From NCBI GenBank assembly GCA_002189035.1, contig NEEC01000004.1, positions 2,170,001-2,234,000 on the forward strand: DNA of 64,000 nucleotides. The letters are read 5' to 3'. Of this stretch, positions 40,501 to 53,760 are shown piece by piece. A model generated the notes under the pieces. The model was not told the origin of the DNA and did not search any database. It worked only from the letters and a program-made list of their open reading frames with translations. Made by a program: the position numbers and the translations under genes. How positions within the stretch are numbered: position 1 is the stretch's first letter; every line of letters begins with the position of its first letter. The stretch comes from Utricularia gibba (lineage: Eukaryota > Plantae > Magnoliophyta).

Positions 40501-41450
40501 TGATATTATCCTTTTCTTTAACAACTGAATGAGATGTGACAACATCTTCGTGTTGTCTCTCTCTCTCTCTCTCTATCTCTTTCTTGATAGCTATGACAAT
40601 TCATCTAATATCTAAAAAAGATCTCTAAAATCATTTTAGACGGAGAAGTAGTATACCAATTTAATCGAATCAGAATCAAACAAAAAACTATATAAAAAGG
40701 GGTTGGAAATAGTTACAAGATCGATGACATAGAAATTTCAATTTATTTCATTTTAACCCTTCTTTTTCAAATTTTTTAATCTTAAATTTGATATGTATAC
40801 ATGTAACATTGCATTTAAATTTGCATTTATACAAAAGACCAACACAACATTCAAATACATACCTCAAACTTAAACATTTATTATAAAGATAATACTTTAT
40901 TCAATTTTGTTCCAATAACTTCTTATAATCATTGTACTGCTTAACTTTCCAAATTATATTCGATATGTAAAAGTGGAAAGTTTAACATGAATTTGCAATG
41001 ATAAAAGTTCACGAGTATTTGTTCATGTCAACATTTCTCATATTGTCTTTTCTTATGTTTTTAAAGTTTTTATTTATTATATAGATGTAACACCAATTGT
41101 TCCTAAAGAGATATCATCTTTTTTTTTGAATATGATATGGATTATTTACAAGTTTGTCTATTGATTCTATTTAAAAGATGGCGACGATTAATCCTTGATA
41201 AACCATCTGAATTCTCTAAGTTGAGGTTCATAACATGAAAAAAAAACCCCTAAAACTCTCTTGTTTAAACATGCAACATCATCCAAATGATACATCATTA
41301 TTTCTGGTTGTATACGCCTATCAATTGTTTGTGCAAAGGAACAAGTATCACAAATAAATATAATTTAGACACTTGGTTTCCGCTTCTTGCACAATTTTTC
41401 ATACAATTCATTGTATGATAACTTTTTTTATTATAGTTTAAATTAAATTC
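37550..41450 (-). mobile_element. Very old Copia retrotransposon remnant(s), probably interrupted at about 39500-39790 by a MITE-like insert
   Basis: Minus strand near 38420-38530 reads like DRFKNRLVVK*YKPKKGIDYDYAFTHVATMETL (Copia RT), followed by LHKALNGFKQ; weak integrase-like remnants near 40300-40450; boundaries approximate. Confidence 0.6.
40556..40580. repeat. (CT)n microsatellite
   Basis: tctctctctctctctctctatctct. Confidence 0.85.
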
Positions 41451-43114
41451 AATATATTAGAAAAATAATAAATCAACTCCAAGAAAATTAAAAATTTGGA
41501 TTGAAACATATCTTCTGCTAAATTAAACCCTTAAGATATTGGTTTTATGGAATATAAGTATCAGGCCAACGTCTTAAGTATTAAGTATTATGATGTTTTC
41601 ACAATCTAATTACAGAGTTAAATAAGTTGCTTGTTCATCATCATTCTCCTTGTGGGAAGTCACATTGTATGTTGTGAATACGATGATTTTGGACGCTATC
41701 TCTTAGCTGCATGGGACAATTATTCTTGTTTTAAAACAATTATCATTGAATTTTTTAGAAATCTAACTATTCCAAGTATATCCACTTATGACAACAACAT
41801 TGTTATCTCAAACATATGGAAAAATAGATAAAAAACTATAAATCAGCTCATCTCGATGGTGATATTTTTACTTCTACCGATTAGAATGTACGGCGAAAAT
41901 GATAGACTTTTCTAGTAAAATTTTCTCCCGATGAAAGATCAAGTTGATTATTAGTGAAAAACTTGTAATTATTGGAGATAAAGTGGTTAAAATTTTAATA
42001 TAGAAAAATATAATAGAAAAATATGATATGAAAAAAAAAATTATATAAATAAAAGAAATGGTGAAATAATGGAGATAGATGGAATTGTTATAAATTTACA
42101 CACTTATTAACTTTACAAATAAATCTATCCACCCTCTCTCCTCTCTTGTATCATATCTCTTCTTTTTTTTATTTAACTATCTATAATATTTCTCAATTTC
42201 ACTTTATTCCAAAATTTATTATATTTATTTTTAAAAAATTAATTATTTTAAATTTCGTTTCAACAGATATGAAATTGATATATTTAAAATAAATTTAATG
42301 GACCTTTAATTTTTACCATTATGTAATTAAATAATTATTTTTTTACTTCAATTTTCAATAAAATTAGTTTATTCTTCGGTAAAATTATCTCACAATTATA
42401 ATAACTTATAATAATTACAATAAAATTAATTCTATTATTAAACATGTTTAAAAATAAAATATAAATTATCTAACATGAATATAAATGTTCAATAATTGAT
42501 ATTTAATTTTTTTAAAAAAATAACATTAATGAATATCTGTAGAGATCAATAATCTACTTGTAGATTTATCAATATGGATCATCTCATTAATTTTGATTGG
42601 ATTGGAATTCACTTATGTAATTTTTCCCATCAACCACATGTAGAACACTATAAAATAATAATGAAAGACATTGTGAGGAGTAAGTGTATGTAAGTGTATT
42701 GTTTGTGCTTTGAATGCAATTAATTGACATAGAAAAAATTGCATTATTATTTAGAAAAATTTTATTATACACATTTATTGAAAAACAATCAAAATATCAA
42801 TAATTAATTTCAAATACAAAATTACAAAAATCAATCAACAAATAACATTGTATTATTAAAACATTTTTTCAATAATGTCGACTAGATCGAGCTTCGTTGT
42901 TATACCCCTCGGAATCGGAATTTCCGTGCTTATCATTGGTATTATACATATGAAACTCAACCACCATACACTATAGAATTCATAAAATCTTATTGTTCTC
43001 ATTACTGAGTCTGAGAGTTCTTATTTCCGAGGAAATGGAAGTTTCTTTTCTTGTTGTCTGCATTAGTTTTCTGAATTATTTCCCAAAGTTGTTTGCCTTT
43101 TTTCCATTCTTTGT

Positions 43115-44460
43115 ATTAGGCTTGTAGGGGAGGTGGATGCCGGAACAGAGACCCATTCCATCCTAAACCATGAGGTCTACTATCACTTCCTTGGAAATGA
43201 TCAAACTGAGGACATGATGTTGGAGTGATCCTGAAAATCCCAGACACACTCATCGTCGCGGAGGAATGGATGGAAAGGTATTGATTTCTGTGACGCTTCA
43301 TTTTCTCGTTAAAGTGGACTGAAGACAGAATTTCTGTGTTTCAGAATGGTTTAAAGCACTCTGTTGTGATTTTTCCTTCAATAGTGTGTCTAATAATCAG
43401 GATTGAATAAGGTTTACCACTGTGACTTATCACTCCTCCAAAATGAACTTGAAGGCTATAAGGGAAGCAAGGATTTGGAATCTTCCAACAACTCTAACAA
43501 GGAAGCTCCAAGATATAAGCTTGTTCGGAATGATTTGCAGGAACCTACAACTTGGGTTGAGCAACTTCAACAAGTTTCAAAGGCGTCAGCAGTTGGAGTA
43601 AACAAAAACCAGATCATAGGTTGTTATTTAAATGACGTGAAAAAAGTTTTGCATTTAAGAGACTTACAGTCTGGAACACTTGTACAACATTTGCGGCTAG
43701 ACAATGTATCATGTGTAGGCAAATACTTAATTATGAGACACTGCAAACTCAGCTGAATGTGTGTAAGAACACGAAATGCTTCAGGTAAAAACCCAACTCC
43801 TTGGCTGGTAAAACCTCCTATAATCTGATTAATCACCCCAGATTTCAGAGTTCACTATAAACAATAGGAAGCACACTTGATCAATACACAGAGAGCAACT
43901 ATAATGCACACCAGCACCAGGAAACTCACACTACTTGTGATCACTCCTCCAATAGCTGCTGTGATTATCCACCTTGCCCCACGTCCAGACAGAACTCTCT
44001 CCCCGGAGCAGGCTCCACACCCTGCTCCGATACTCCACTTCCACGATTTGTGGATGTAGTGGGAAGTAACTGTCAGGTGCATCTCACGCCTCACTTCCAG
44101 CCTGTTATTGAGCAGCCCATTTGCAGATTATGGGCTTATTTACCTCCTACTCATGTTCTTGCCCGAAGGAAAGACTGCAGTTTTACATTTATAACGAGCC
44201 GATAGAGTGAACTATAAAGGGTAGAGCGCAAAAAATTCCTCCTCACTGAGAACAGAAAGAAGCCGCAATGCCAGCTTAGTGGAGATAAGTTCCCCAGCAG
44301 TAGCATGCTTCTAATGCTTGGCAGTTGACAAGCAGAAAGTGCATTTTAGAACAATAGGAATGCTATACTTAGACAAACAGCTACAAGCCAAGGAACTTAA
44401 AGGCAGCAAAGGCCACGCCACTTGGAATTGCTGCTGCTAACTTGAGATTTTCCAACATCC
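43115..44460 (+). pseudogene. Prolyl oligopeptidase (S9A) pseudogene fragment
   Basis: EVDAGTETHSILNHEVYYHFLGNDQTED; NKVYHCDLSLL; NKEAPRYKLVRNDLQEPTTW; CYLNDVKKVLHLRDLQSGTLVQHL; weaker remnants of the INQRPD, YSPLHN and KAGHG regions; deletions and frameshifts. Confidence 0.78.
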
Positions 44461-45865
44461 GCATCTCAGACAGTTTTAGGGGCTTAACCTAATTGAAAGA
44501 TTTCATGGTGCAGTGACCACAATGCCACCACTTTCGAACAGGGTGGAACCACAGTAAACACAAACTTGGGTTTAAGAAAAAACTTTTTTTTTAAAGGCAA
44601 ACAATCATTTTTTAAAGAATTTGCACAACCAAAACAGATGTTAGAATCATGGCATCAAATTTTCACCGAGTTAAGTAGAAAAGTGCCCTACTGCACAAGG
44701 TTCATTATTTTTTTTCCAAGTAGATGTTAGTTATTTGAATTTTTATCTATATTCTGAGACTGTGTCAGAATTTTATTTTAAAGTACTTAGTTTTTTTTTA
44801 ACTATAAGTTTACAATTATTTTATATTTTAATAAAGTCATTTTACAAAATATAATTTTAAATTAAATATTATTTTTTAAAAGATATAATTTTATCATTAC
44901 ATACAAGAAACAGATAGACATTACAAACATTATAAAATAACACAAACATAAATATCAATTGTAAATAAATACTTTGATTAATGATTATTACACCTGAATA
45001 ACGTACAAATCTTCATTCATATTATTAATTGTTGTTTAAATTTATCTAGTTAGTTTTTAATGAAATTTTATCTTTTAAAAGACTTTTATTATAATGAATC
45101 TACAAAGCAAACCACATCAATTATTTTTTAAATTATAGGATTGGTGATGAATTTAAATGCTAAACATGCTAAATGCTCTAGCCAAGGCTTCATTCAACAT
45201 GACTAACCATATGTATATGAAGTTATATCGACATAACAATTGGGAATTATAACTGCAATCTCACTACGACATGGTACAATATTTTTAAGTGCATAAGTTG
45301 CAGTTGATAAATTTCTATTTTATCGAAAAGGAAGTCAAGAGCATTATTACAATTTTCAAATCGAAAAAAATTAAAATTGTGATTTTTCTAATATTTTTCT
45401 CATTTATCTTATGGTTACACCAATCATCTCAACATATATCTAATAATTGAATAGGAGCTTCCTCCCAGATGGTTAGCTAAATGAAAATTAATTTCAAACA
45501 ACAGTTTATGATGATGATAGTGGTGAGTTGGATGATGAAGGCGCACAAAAAGAACATGTAGAATATGATGATGATGATGCTGATAATATTACATCACATG
45601 GTAATTAGCTATCAAGAAGAGATTCATTCAATCGGCAACCAAATAATCATGAATATTTCCGATTTCACTGTAGCAGCTTGGCTGCGTTGACACCTGTGCA
45701 TACGCATGTGTCCTTTTTTCCGGATGAAAAGGAGAGCTTATTATTGAATCTCTTCATAGGTAAGTATGAGTTGTGCTCGTAGCGGGATGGAGAGGCAGAA
45801 CAGTGCTGGATCATCCATCCCCTCGCCTCTCAACAACCAATCACAGATCAATGATGGCTTTGCCT

Positions 45866-47427
45866 GGGTTATTTGGGTAACCATACCTCTGCCAAAAAGT
45901 AATTGGCTAAATAGCCCCATTTCAAAAACATTTGCACAATAGCCCTACTTTATTTATCTCTTTGTCAAATAGACTTAACTTTTTATATATATTATTTTTA
46001 ATAAAAAAAAACGAATTTGTATTAAAAAATATTAAAACAAACTTATATATAAATAAACATATATATATTTACTTATATATAAATAAACATATATATATTT
46101 ATTTATATATAAACGAATTTTGAAATGATTTATATAAAACAAACTTATATATATATATATATGTTTATTTATATAACATTTTAATTTTAATTTTATATTA
46201 TTAGTTTTATGAAAAATTAATTTTTATAAAAATGTATAATTTGAAATGAAAATAATTAAAATCATTAATAAATCTTGAGATAAAAATGTGATCAATTATA
46301 CTATAAAGGGAGATTTTATATAAATCATGTTCTTATTATTAATACCATAGTGTTTAGAGTTTAGGGTTTTATATTTAGGGTTTAGGGTTTTACATTTATA
46401 TTGGCATGACTTATGTATGAAAATATGAAATGTCTTGATGTCACGTGAATTTTACCTCCATTGCATGTTGTTATTATTATTTTAAATAGACAGAAATCAT
46501 CCGTATTAAGAACCTGAGCAACCAACAACTCTATATATGAATAGAATCCTATCTTTGGGGGTGATTTTGAGACTTGAACAAAAACTAAGAGAACAAGCCG
46601 AAAGGTAGTTGCAGAAGCTGAGCAGATCCTCGGGCGGTGGCGGCGTTGGACTCTGTGAAGAATTGCAATGCAATGTTGAATCTCCATGCGCCACCATCGT
46701 AGTTGAACGGCATTGGAGTGGAACAATGGTGGATGATGAGAAAGGGCATTATGAATTGGGTTGTAAGGAGATGACTCTTGTTAACCTATATTCATATAAA
46801 TCATGTATGAGATAACTTATTGTTAGCTTACATTTATATAAAACTTTGAAATGAATTATCGTAATAACATATTGATGCATGGTTGTGTGTATGAATTATA
46901 ACAATTTAAATTGGAGTTCAAAAGTTACATAATGTCAAAAAATTTCATATTATCATACGTAATTCATATTAATATTATCCTAAACTCTCAATGTAAAACT
47001 CTAAATCCTAAAGACTATGGTATTAATCATAAGAACATGATTTATATAAAATATACTTTTATAACATAATTGACCACATTTTTATATCAAGATTTATTGG
47101 TGATTTGAATTATTTTTATTTCAAATTATACATTTTTATAAAAATTAATTTTTCATAAAATTGACATTATAAAATCAAAATAAAAATGTTGTAAAATGTT
47201 CTACAAATCATTTGAAAATTAGTTTATATATAAATACATCTATATATAAGTTTGTTTTAATGTTTTTTAATACAAATTCGTTTTTTATTTTATTAAATAT
47301 AATATATATAAAAGTTAGGGCTATTTGACAAAGAGTTAAATAAAGTAGGGCTATTGTGCAAAGTTTTTTGAAATAGGGCTATTTAGCAAATTACTTTTTG
47401 GCAGAGTGCTAGTTAGCCAAATAACCC
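45866..47427. mobile_element. Non-autonomous Mutator-like element (Pack-MULE-like) with long TIRs (about 45866-46400 and 46975-47427)
   Basis: Left end gggttatttgggtaac..ctctgccaaaaagtaattggctaaatagcc matches the reverse complement of the right end over several hundred bp; no transposase inside; TSD only degenerate (ggctttgcct vs ggcccttacct). Confidence 0.85.
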
Positions 47428-48279
47428 GGCCCTTACCTTTTTTTTTTTTTTTTTTTGTTTGGATATGGAGGTCCCACATGAATTTGATTACCCCCATGCC
47501 TCCTAATACACATAGCAACGTCAACAAGGTTGTTCGCGAAGAGGAACTAACTGGGAGCCTTTCCTTCTTCACCTGGGTTAGGGTGAGAAAAAGAGAACAC
47601 TCAGGATTTCTCCCCAACTGTCCAAATGATGAATTTGTTGCTATTCCCTCTGAGGAGAATAACCAGCTCTGTATGGTAATGTTTGAACAACTCCAGTTAA
47701 GTATTGGACTCCCTTGGTCTCATATCCCCATTTCAACACCCAGTCCTGATCGGACCAGACCCTCCTGATGTGAATCCGCAGGGATGCCCGTCATTGCTTT
47801 TGTCAACAAGGGACCCGGAACAATAACTTGCAAACGCGCTCACGCCACCTGTCCCCTAGAAACCAAGTGCGTGGACGCCGGAGATAACAAAGAGGTTTGC
47901 TCTATTACACAACTGCCCCACCTCATCCCTTGATATTACACAACTTAGCTACCAGAGAGGAAAGCACGCGGGGTTCTGTTTTTCCCCCGCCAAATCCTCC
48001 GAGTTCCAAGCAACGTCAAGGGCCTTTCAGAAACAGCTGGTTCAACGAATGTGGACGCACGTCCCTTCGCGGAATTCAATACAATCAATACTGAAAACAA
48101 ATCTATTAAAATCAAAGAGCAATCAATGCAATGATACTCTCTTGTTTGTATGTAATGTATTGACTCTATCCCTTTGCTGTTTGTTTCGAGATTCTCCTCA
48201 TATGGACGGGCCCATGATTCGCCACCACGGCCCCATTTCGACGACCCAACGGACCCACCACCTATCCCAAGCTTCGGTT

Positions 48280-49552
48280 TTACAAAAATATCCGCCATAG
48301 AGCAGCGACGCCGACGCTGATCGCGGCGGTGATGATGTGCGGGTCGCCGGAAGAAGGGGGCTGCTGCTGGAGTCTAATGCGCCTTCGTACACCATATTGC
48401 TAGCCATCGGCAAGTTCCGATTGGTGGCCGGCGGTGGCGTTTGTCCTCCGGAAGAGGATTTTTGGCTGCAATGATAAAGAGACAACAAAAATAGGGACCC
48501 GAATGGTCTTACGTTAGGTGATCATTATTGCGTTGATAAGATGAAGGGGGTATTAATATTTCGCAATTAAATGCATGAGGCGTCTTGACAGACGACGGCC
48601 CAACTAACGGCCGCATTGTCAGAATCTCAGACGCGTATTCATTGGATACCGCAAAAGTGACGTTAGGGGGGAAAACGGCCGTTAAGAGTAAGAGGGAAGG
48701 GGTAGTTTCGGGAATTCTCACCTGGTATTCGGGCCGGGACAGAAGGTTATCGTGTAGTCGGCGCCGGTGCAGGTGAAGGTGCTGGTTCGATCATCATACG
48801 CGTAGCTGTACGCTTGCGGACACGCGCTTTTGAACACCTGTGAGTACTGCGACGGGTGGCACGTCGCGGGAGTCGAGTACGCGCCGCTGCAACAAAATTC
48901 CTCCTTCCCGAAAGCCTCGCACGCGCTCTTGCACGCGACGGTACCGGCATCGCTGCCGACGCTGTTTACGCGTAGCTGCGAAGGACACACGTTGTTCAGA
49001 TCCGATATGCAACCGGCGGGGGTACAATTCACGCCGGAACCGCCTTGGGGCACCACCAAAATCGGGAGATTGTAACCGTCGACTAGGCTAATGTCGTAGA
49101 AATCCATCCCGCCGGAGCCGTCGAGAGTGAATTCCGCAAGCGTCGCAGGAGGAACCGCCCCTGCTCCGCCGCAGGTCACCTGACCCGAACCGCAGTCCCC
49201 TGTAACGCAGGAAAATTGACCATTACTACCCTGGGTGCAATACGTTCGCCCCAAAAACGACCGCCCCATCCTGACGGCGCGCTAATTATTTGCGATTGGC
49301 CAGTTTCTAGGGCGAATCCCGTGGTCGACAACGGCGCCACTCCAGCGTTAGATAAAATCCCCGGCCAGACCGTGAAACCACACTTATTCACCAACGTAAA
49401 AGTTGCCTGAGAATCAACTCCTGCATCGAATTCGCCGTCAAAAGAGGAAAAATCGCGAGCAAAATCCATATGCACATTTCCGATTCCTCACCAGTCAGTA
49501 GGAAAACAGTGAAAATCCAGGATACGATGCAAACATCGAGCTTCTGCTCCAT
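48280..49552 (-). CDS. Thaumatin-like protein (PR5) with a C-terminal hydrophobic or GPI-type tail, exons 49552-49492, 49420-48722 and 48465-48280; two 1-bp frameshifts as assembled
   Basis: Signal peptide; ATFTLVNKCGFTVWPGILS; WGGRFWG/RTYC; CVTGDCGSG; ATLAEFTL; FYDISLVDGYNLP; ACKSACEAF; YSQVFKSACPQAYSYAYDDRTSTFTC; frameshifts at 49249-49252 and 48356-48360. Confidence 0.88.
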
Positions 49553-52296
49553 GCAAATCGAAGCGCACACGGAAGGTGAAGGAAGAGAAGAAGCAAGTCT
49601 CCAGGATATCACGGCGCCGGAGATTTGCTTCTTCTCGTCGTGTATGTCGGAGAGCACTCCGGGGCCGAATTTATGTATATATCAAAAAGCCCCAGTGGGG
49701 TAAGGTAATTAATTGCCTGCTTTCTTACATTTATTTATTTGCTTTTACCACAACGGCTACTTCTCCTGATGTCTCCCCTCTCCATCTCCCTTTCTTACCT
49801 TACATAATATAACGCGGAACAATACAAAAAAGTACAACAATTCCTGTTTGGTAATAACCAAGACTGCTAAATTTAGATACTTTTACTACTGATATTATAA
49901 TAATTTAATTATATCCACACACAACCAAATCGTGAAAATAACATTTTCTTGTGATTCCAGTTACGCAAACCCTTGACACTATTTTCTGGAATATATAAAA
50001 AAGTAAGTTTGCTGAGGCGGCGACTAGAGGGCTCCGCCATGTGCAAAATAAATAGGACTCCAGTCCCACAATCAGTCAGTAAATTGACTCCGGCGTTGGC
50101 CGTTGGCCGAAAATATATTGGCTTCATTCTCAATTTTCCTCTCTCATACCTATTACATTGACAAAATACCTAAGTTTATACAGTTTTTGTCATGTACCTA
50201 TACTTATATATATACATATTTAGTGAAATACCTTAATTTTGAAAAAAAAAACATACGTATAAATTAATTATTTTAATTTTCAAAGTACAATAATACTTTT
50301 GGAAATGTATAAAATTTTAAAAGTTATATACTTATATTTATCAATAATACAAAATATTTATTTTATTCACAAATTCCAAAAAACTTAAATTTATTTTTTA
50401 TCAAATTGATAGTTTTTAATATATATTATTACATTTATTTTCTGATTAACAAATGATTTACATTCATTTATTTTGTTTTATTAATTAAAATTTGTATTTT
50501 AATAATAAGTGCTATGTTAATTTAAATTGACATTTAATTTTATCAAAAATTAAAAAAATTTTAATTTCTCAACACTTTTATCAGGATGACTTTGTGGCAC
50601 TTTCTTTAAATAATATTTATTTAATATAAATTATATATTTCGTCCATACTAATAGAATGGATCACCAAAGTTTTGCATGTTGATGTTGTACATAGTTATT
50701 TGTTAAAATTATATATTTTAAGAGTTTTTAGTTCTCTTTGCACACTAGATATAATTAGTTTTTATTATTTAAACATTTATAAAATTTTTAAACCATTAAT
50801 GATTACTAATACCAATTATTTCAAGCAATGAAAAATATTTATGTCAAACTTGTTACGTAAAAGAAAATGAAAACTAATTTTACTACTATTTTTAAAGAAT
50901 GAGAATAAACAGAGTAGAAAATATTTGGAATGATCTTGACAAGGAGCCTACTAAAGTGATTTTATGGAATTAAAAATGTTTTGGGTAAAACATTAGGTGA
51001 AGGTGGTTGATGGATATTTTCTACTTTCCAGGTGCATTGCACGGCAAAATGGCCCTTGGACCTCCTCCTTGTCTCGCCTGCCTCTACACCTCTGCCCTAA
51101 GACCATATTATATGCATATCCACATTTCTTATACTATGCTCAGTTTGATTTCTTTCTTAAGTATACAAAAATTGAGAGACAACTTTGCTTCAATTGAGTC
51201 GTGCTTCGACTTTAGCATTCATACCATGTGATTTTTTTGCTCTCTTTTGCTCTGCCATTACTGTTTGTGCATTGTGGATAACGAATTATAATGAAATTTA
51301 TTCCAATGGTATTGAAGAATTAGTATGTTGAATGTGGGAATGCATTTCTATGCACAAGCTAAGATTTCGTAAGCATGAGTGCGCACATGGGACAATGTGT
51401 TTGTTTTTTTTAATTTAGTTTTCAAAGTTGACAATTCGCATCATCTATTTATAATATTGAATAATGATACCATTTCAATTTTTTTGTACAGTTATTTATA
51501 ATTTAATTCAATAATCATTAATATATTTAATATATCAAATATAATTTTAATTATTAATGTTGCATCAATGTATTTATCAATAATATAATGAAAAATTTCA
51601 ATTATTATCATCCTTTCCAGAGTCCCTATCGTTATGACAAAAAATATGATTTTTAACATCATATTTGAATATAAAAAATATTAATTATCACTAACGTAAT
51701 TATTTATATTTTAATACCTTTTATTTAAAAGAAGCAGAACAAAAAGTAGATAAGATTTCCAAAAATTTAATGCATTTTCATATTAAAATACTTGAATTAG
51801 ATTAATTAAAAATGATAATTTCAAATCTCAAAACTTTTAAAATGAACATACTCTGCATATAAATAAACAAAAATTGTAATAACATTATTATTATGAAAAA
51901 CAGATGAATTAAAATATGAATTTTGTACACAAAAAATGAGAAATTTGACCCTTTTCTCCTCCACGCGCAGCGGAGGGAAGCTTCTATGGTGCCGGCAATG
52001 CGTATTAAAAAAAAAATGCAAAGGACGACTACTGAATTCATATAATTAATATGACGAAAAGGAAAAAAAACGTGTATGATGACTTGTTGAGTGCGGATGA
52101 AAACTAAGCAAGACAGCGGCCGGCAACCATACTGGAACAAAGACAGTTGCGTGAGTGAATCAGCGACCAAATTGCGTTGCGCTGTTGCAGAAGGGTTCCC
52201 ACATGAGCATAAGCAGAGGAGGGAATGCATTCTCCTCCCTGAGATAACACCTTTATGCCCATGTTTCATCACTCGAGAAACTTGGAGTTTTACATT

Positions 52297-53760
52297 CTAC
52301 TGTTGAGATGGGAGCTGCTTCACAATCCCTCTGAGGAAAAGGGTGAGAAATTTCCTAGCAGACTGTGCGCCACCGTTTTGGTTTCTGCCTTCTTCCATAT
52401 CATCATCTCCCTCACGTGGAAAAGGAGACTGGGCTGCCCTGACCAACTGCCGGAGTTTCTGCAAGTATTACCGCATAACTCAGTAAAATGATAACTGAAA
52501 GACATATCCAAGCTGAAGGTTAACTCAGGATGAACTCCACCACAAAGGAAAGGCTCGTTACTGTTGTGGTTTTGATGGGTTTCAGGTACCATCAACAGTA
52601 TCATGTCCCTGTTTCTCAATGGAAACTGACCTGGCGATCAAATTCCACTTCCTGAAGGGCATAGACTTCATTGGTGATCAATGGATCTTTACTTATGAGG
52701 CCATCACACCATCTGCTCAAGATATCAGCAGTTTCGGAATCCTGCATTATAAGTGGGAAAGGGAAAGAAGGAATTATTAGAGCACAACGAACATGACCGG
52801 ATCGTATAGGCTCTCTGAGTTACTTCGGACCGTGCTTAAGAGATGACAAACCACAATACCTCTTCATCATATGCTTCAATTTCTTCTACTGTATCTTCCT
52901 CAGCATTATCAAAAATTAATGTTTCAGATCCTGACAGAGACTGAAACTTACTAAGATCACCATCTTTTGTTGCCTGTATCAAACCTTCCATTATATCAGG
53001 TTCCATTTCTCTTAGTAACCCTCCTGATGATCATCATCATACAGAGATAAAAACTAAATTTCAAAGTGGAATGTAGCTTCTACTATTAAGAAAAATAGCA
53101 GTTTTGCTTACTTGAGCTGATTGAAAAATCTAAAAATTGCAGTGTACAAACTAAAAAGCATTGAAGATCATTTCTTTTATCAACCAAATGTCACCTATAT
53201 AGCTGAATTGCCTTCGCCTTCCTTCTCGAACATCACGACCCAGCCTCTGCGAAGTGAATCCATATTCCCTTATATTCAGCTCATCATTTTTAATTGAGTA
53301 TACCGTGATAGGAAAATGCAAAAAGAAATCACCTTTACTAGCATCAGAGCATCAAAAACCTGCTCATCAAGCGCAGCCACACTGCACCAACAAGAATTAT
53401 GTTTCACGAAGTATATTCGTTTTCTGCCGAATCGCAACTCCGAATTTCTCAATACCTCAGAATACGTTTGATTTGCTGAGGAGAGAAGGCAGCGAGCTCC
53501 ATACCCCAGCGAACGGCGCGCTTGGCCTCTTTTTTCTTGTTATTTTTGCTTCTTCGTTCGCCATCATCATCATCGTCGGCCGCAGGAGAAGTTTCACGCA
53601 ATTTCAGAGCGTGTGAACGGAAATGGGGATGGCGAATGGATCCTAGGAAGGGCGTTAATAAACGAAAATGAGCGACGGCGCGTGGAGAACACGATTGTGA
53701 AGAGATCCAGTAGCCAATTTGGCACCACCGCGTCCATTGCGGCCACAGAACGCCGGCCAT
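52297..53760 (-). CDS. DUF615/YjgA(DarP)-like ribosome-associated protein, probably organellar, 6 exons
   Basis: Spliced: KKEAKRAVRWGMELAAFSPQQIKRILR; VAALDEQVFDALMLVK|RLGRDVREGRRRQFSYIG; GLLREMEPDIMEGLIQATKDGD; RWCDGLI..EFDRQ|KLRQLVR..ARKFLTLFLRGIVKQLPSQQ*. Confidence 0.8.

Noticed and set aside
41280-42000. PIF/Harbinger transposase-like remnant (YLLAAWD)
   Set aside because: Only one or two short, weak motif resemblances; not enough to call.
45150-45600. Decayed MULE transposase SWIM-like region with acidic tail
   Set aside because: Too degenerate to confirm the Cys/His motif.
48794-49091. Several overlapping alternative ORFs
   Set aside because: Alternative frames of the GC-rich thaumatin exon 2.
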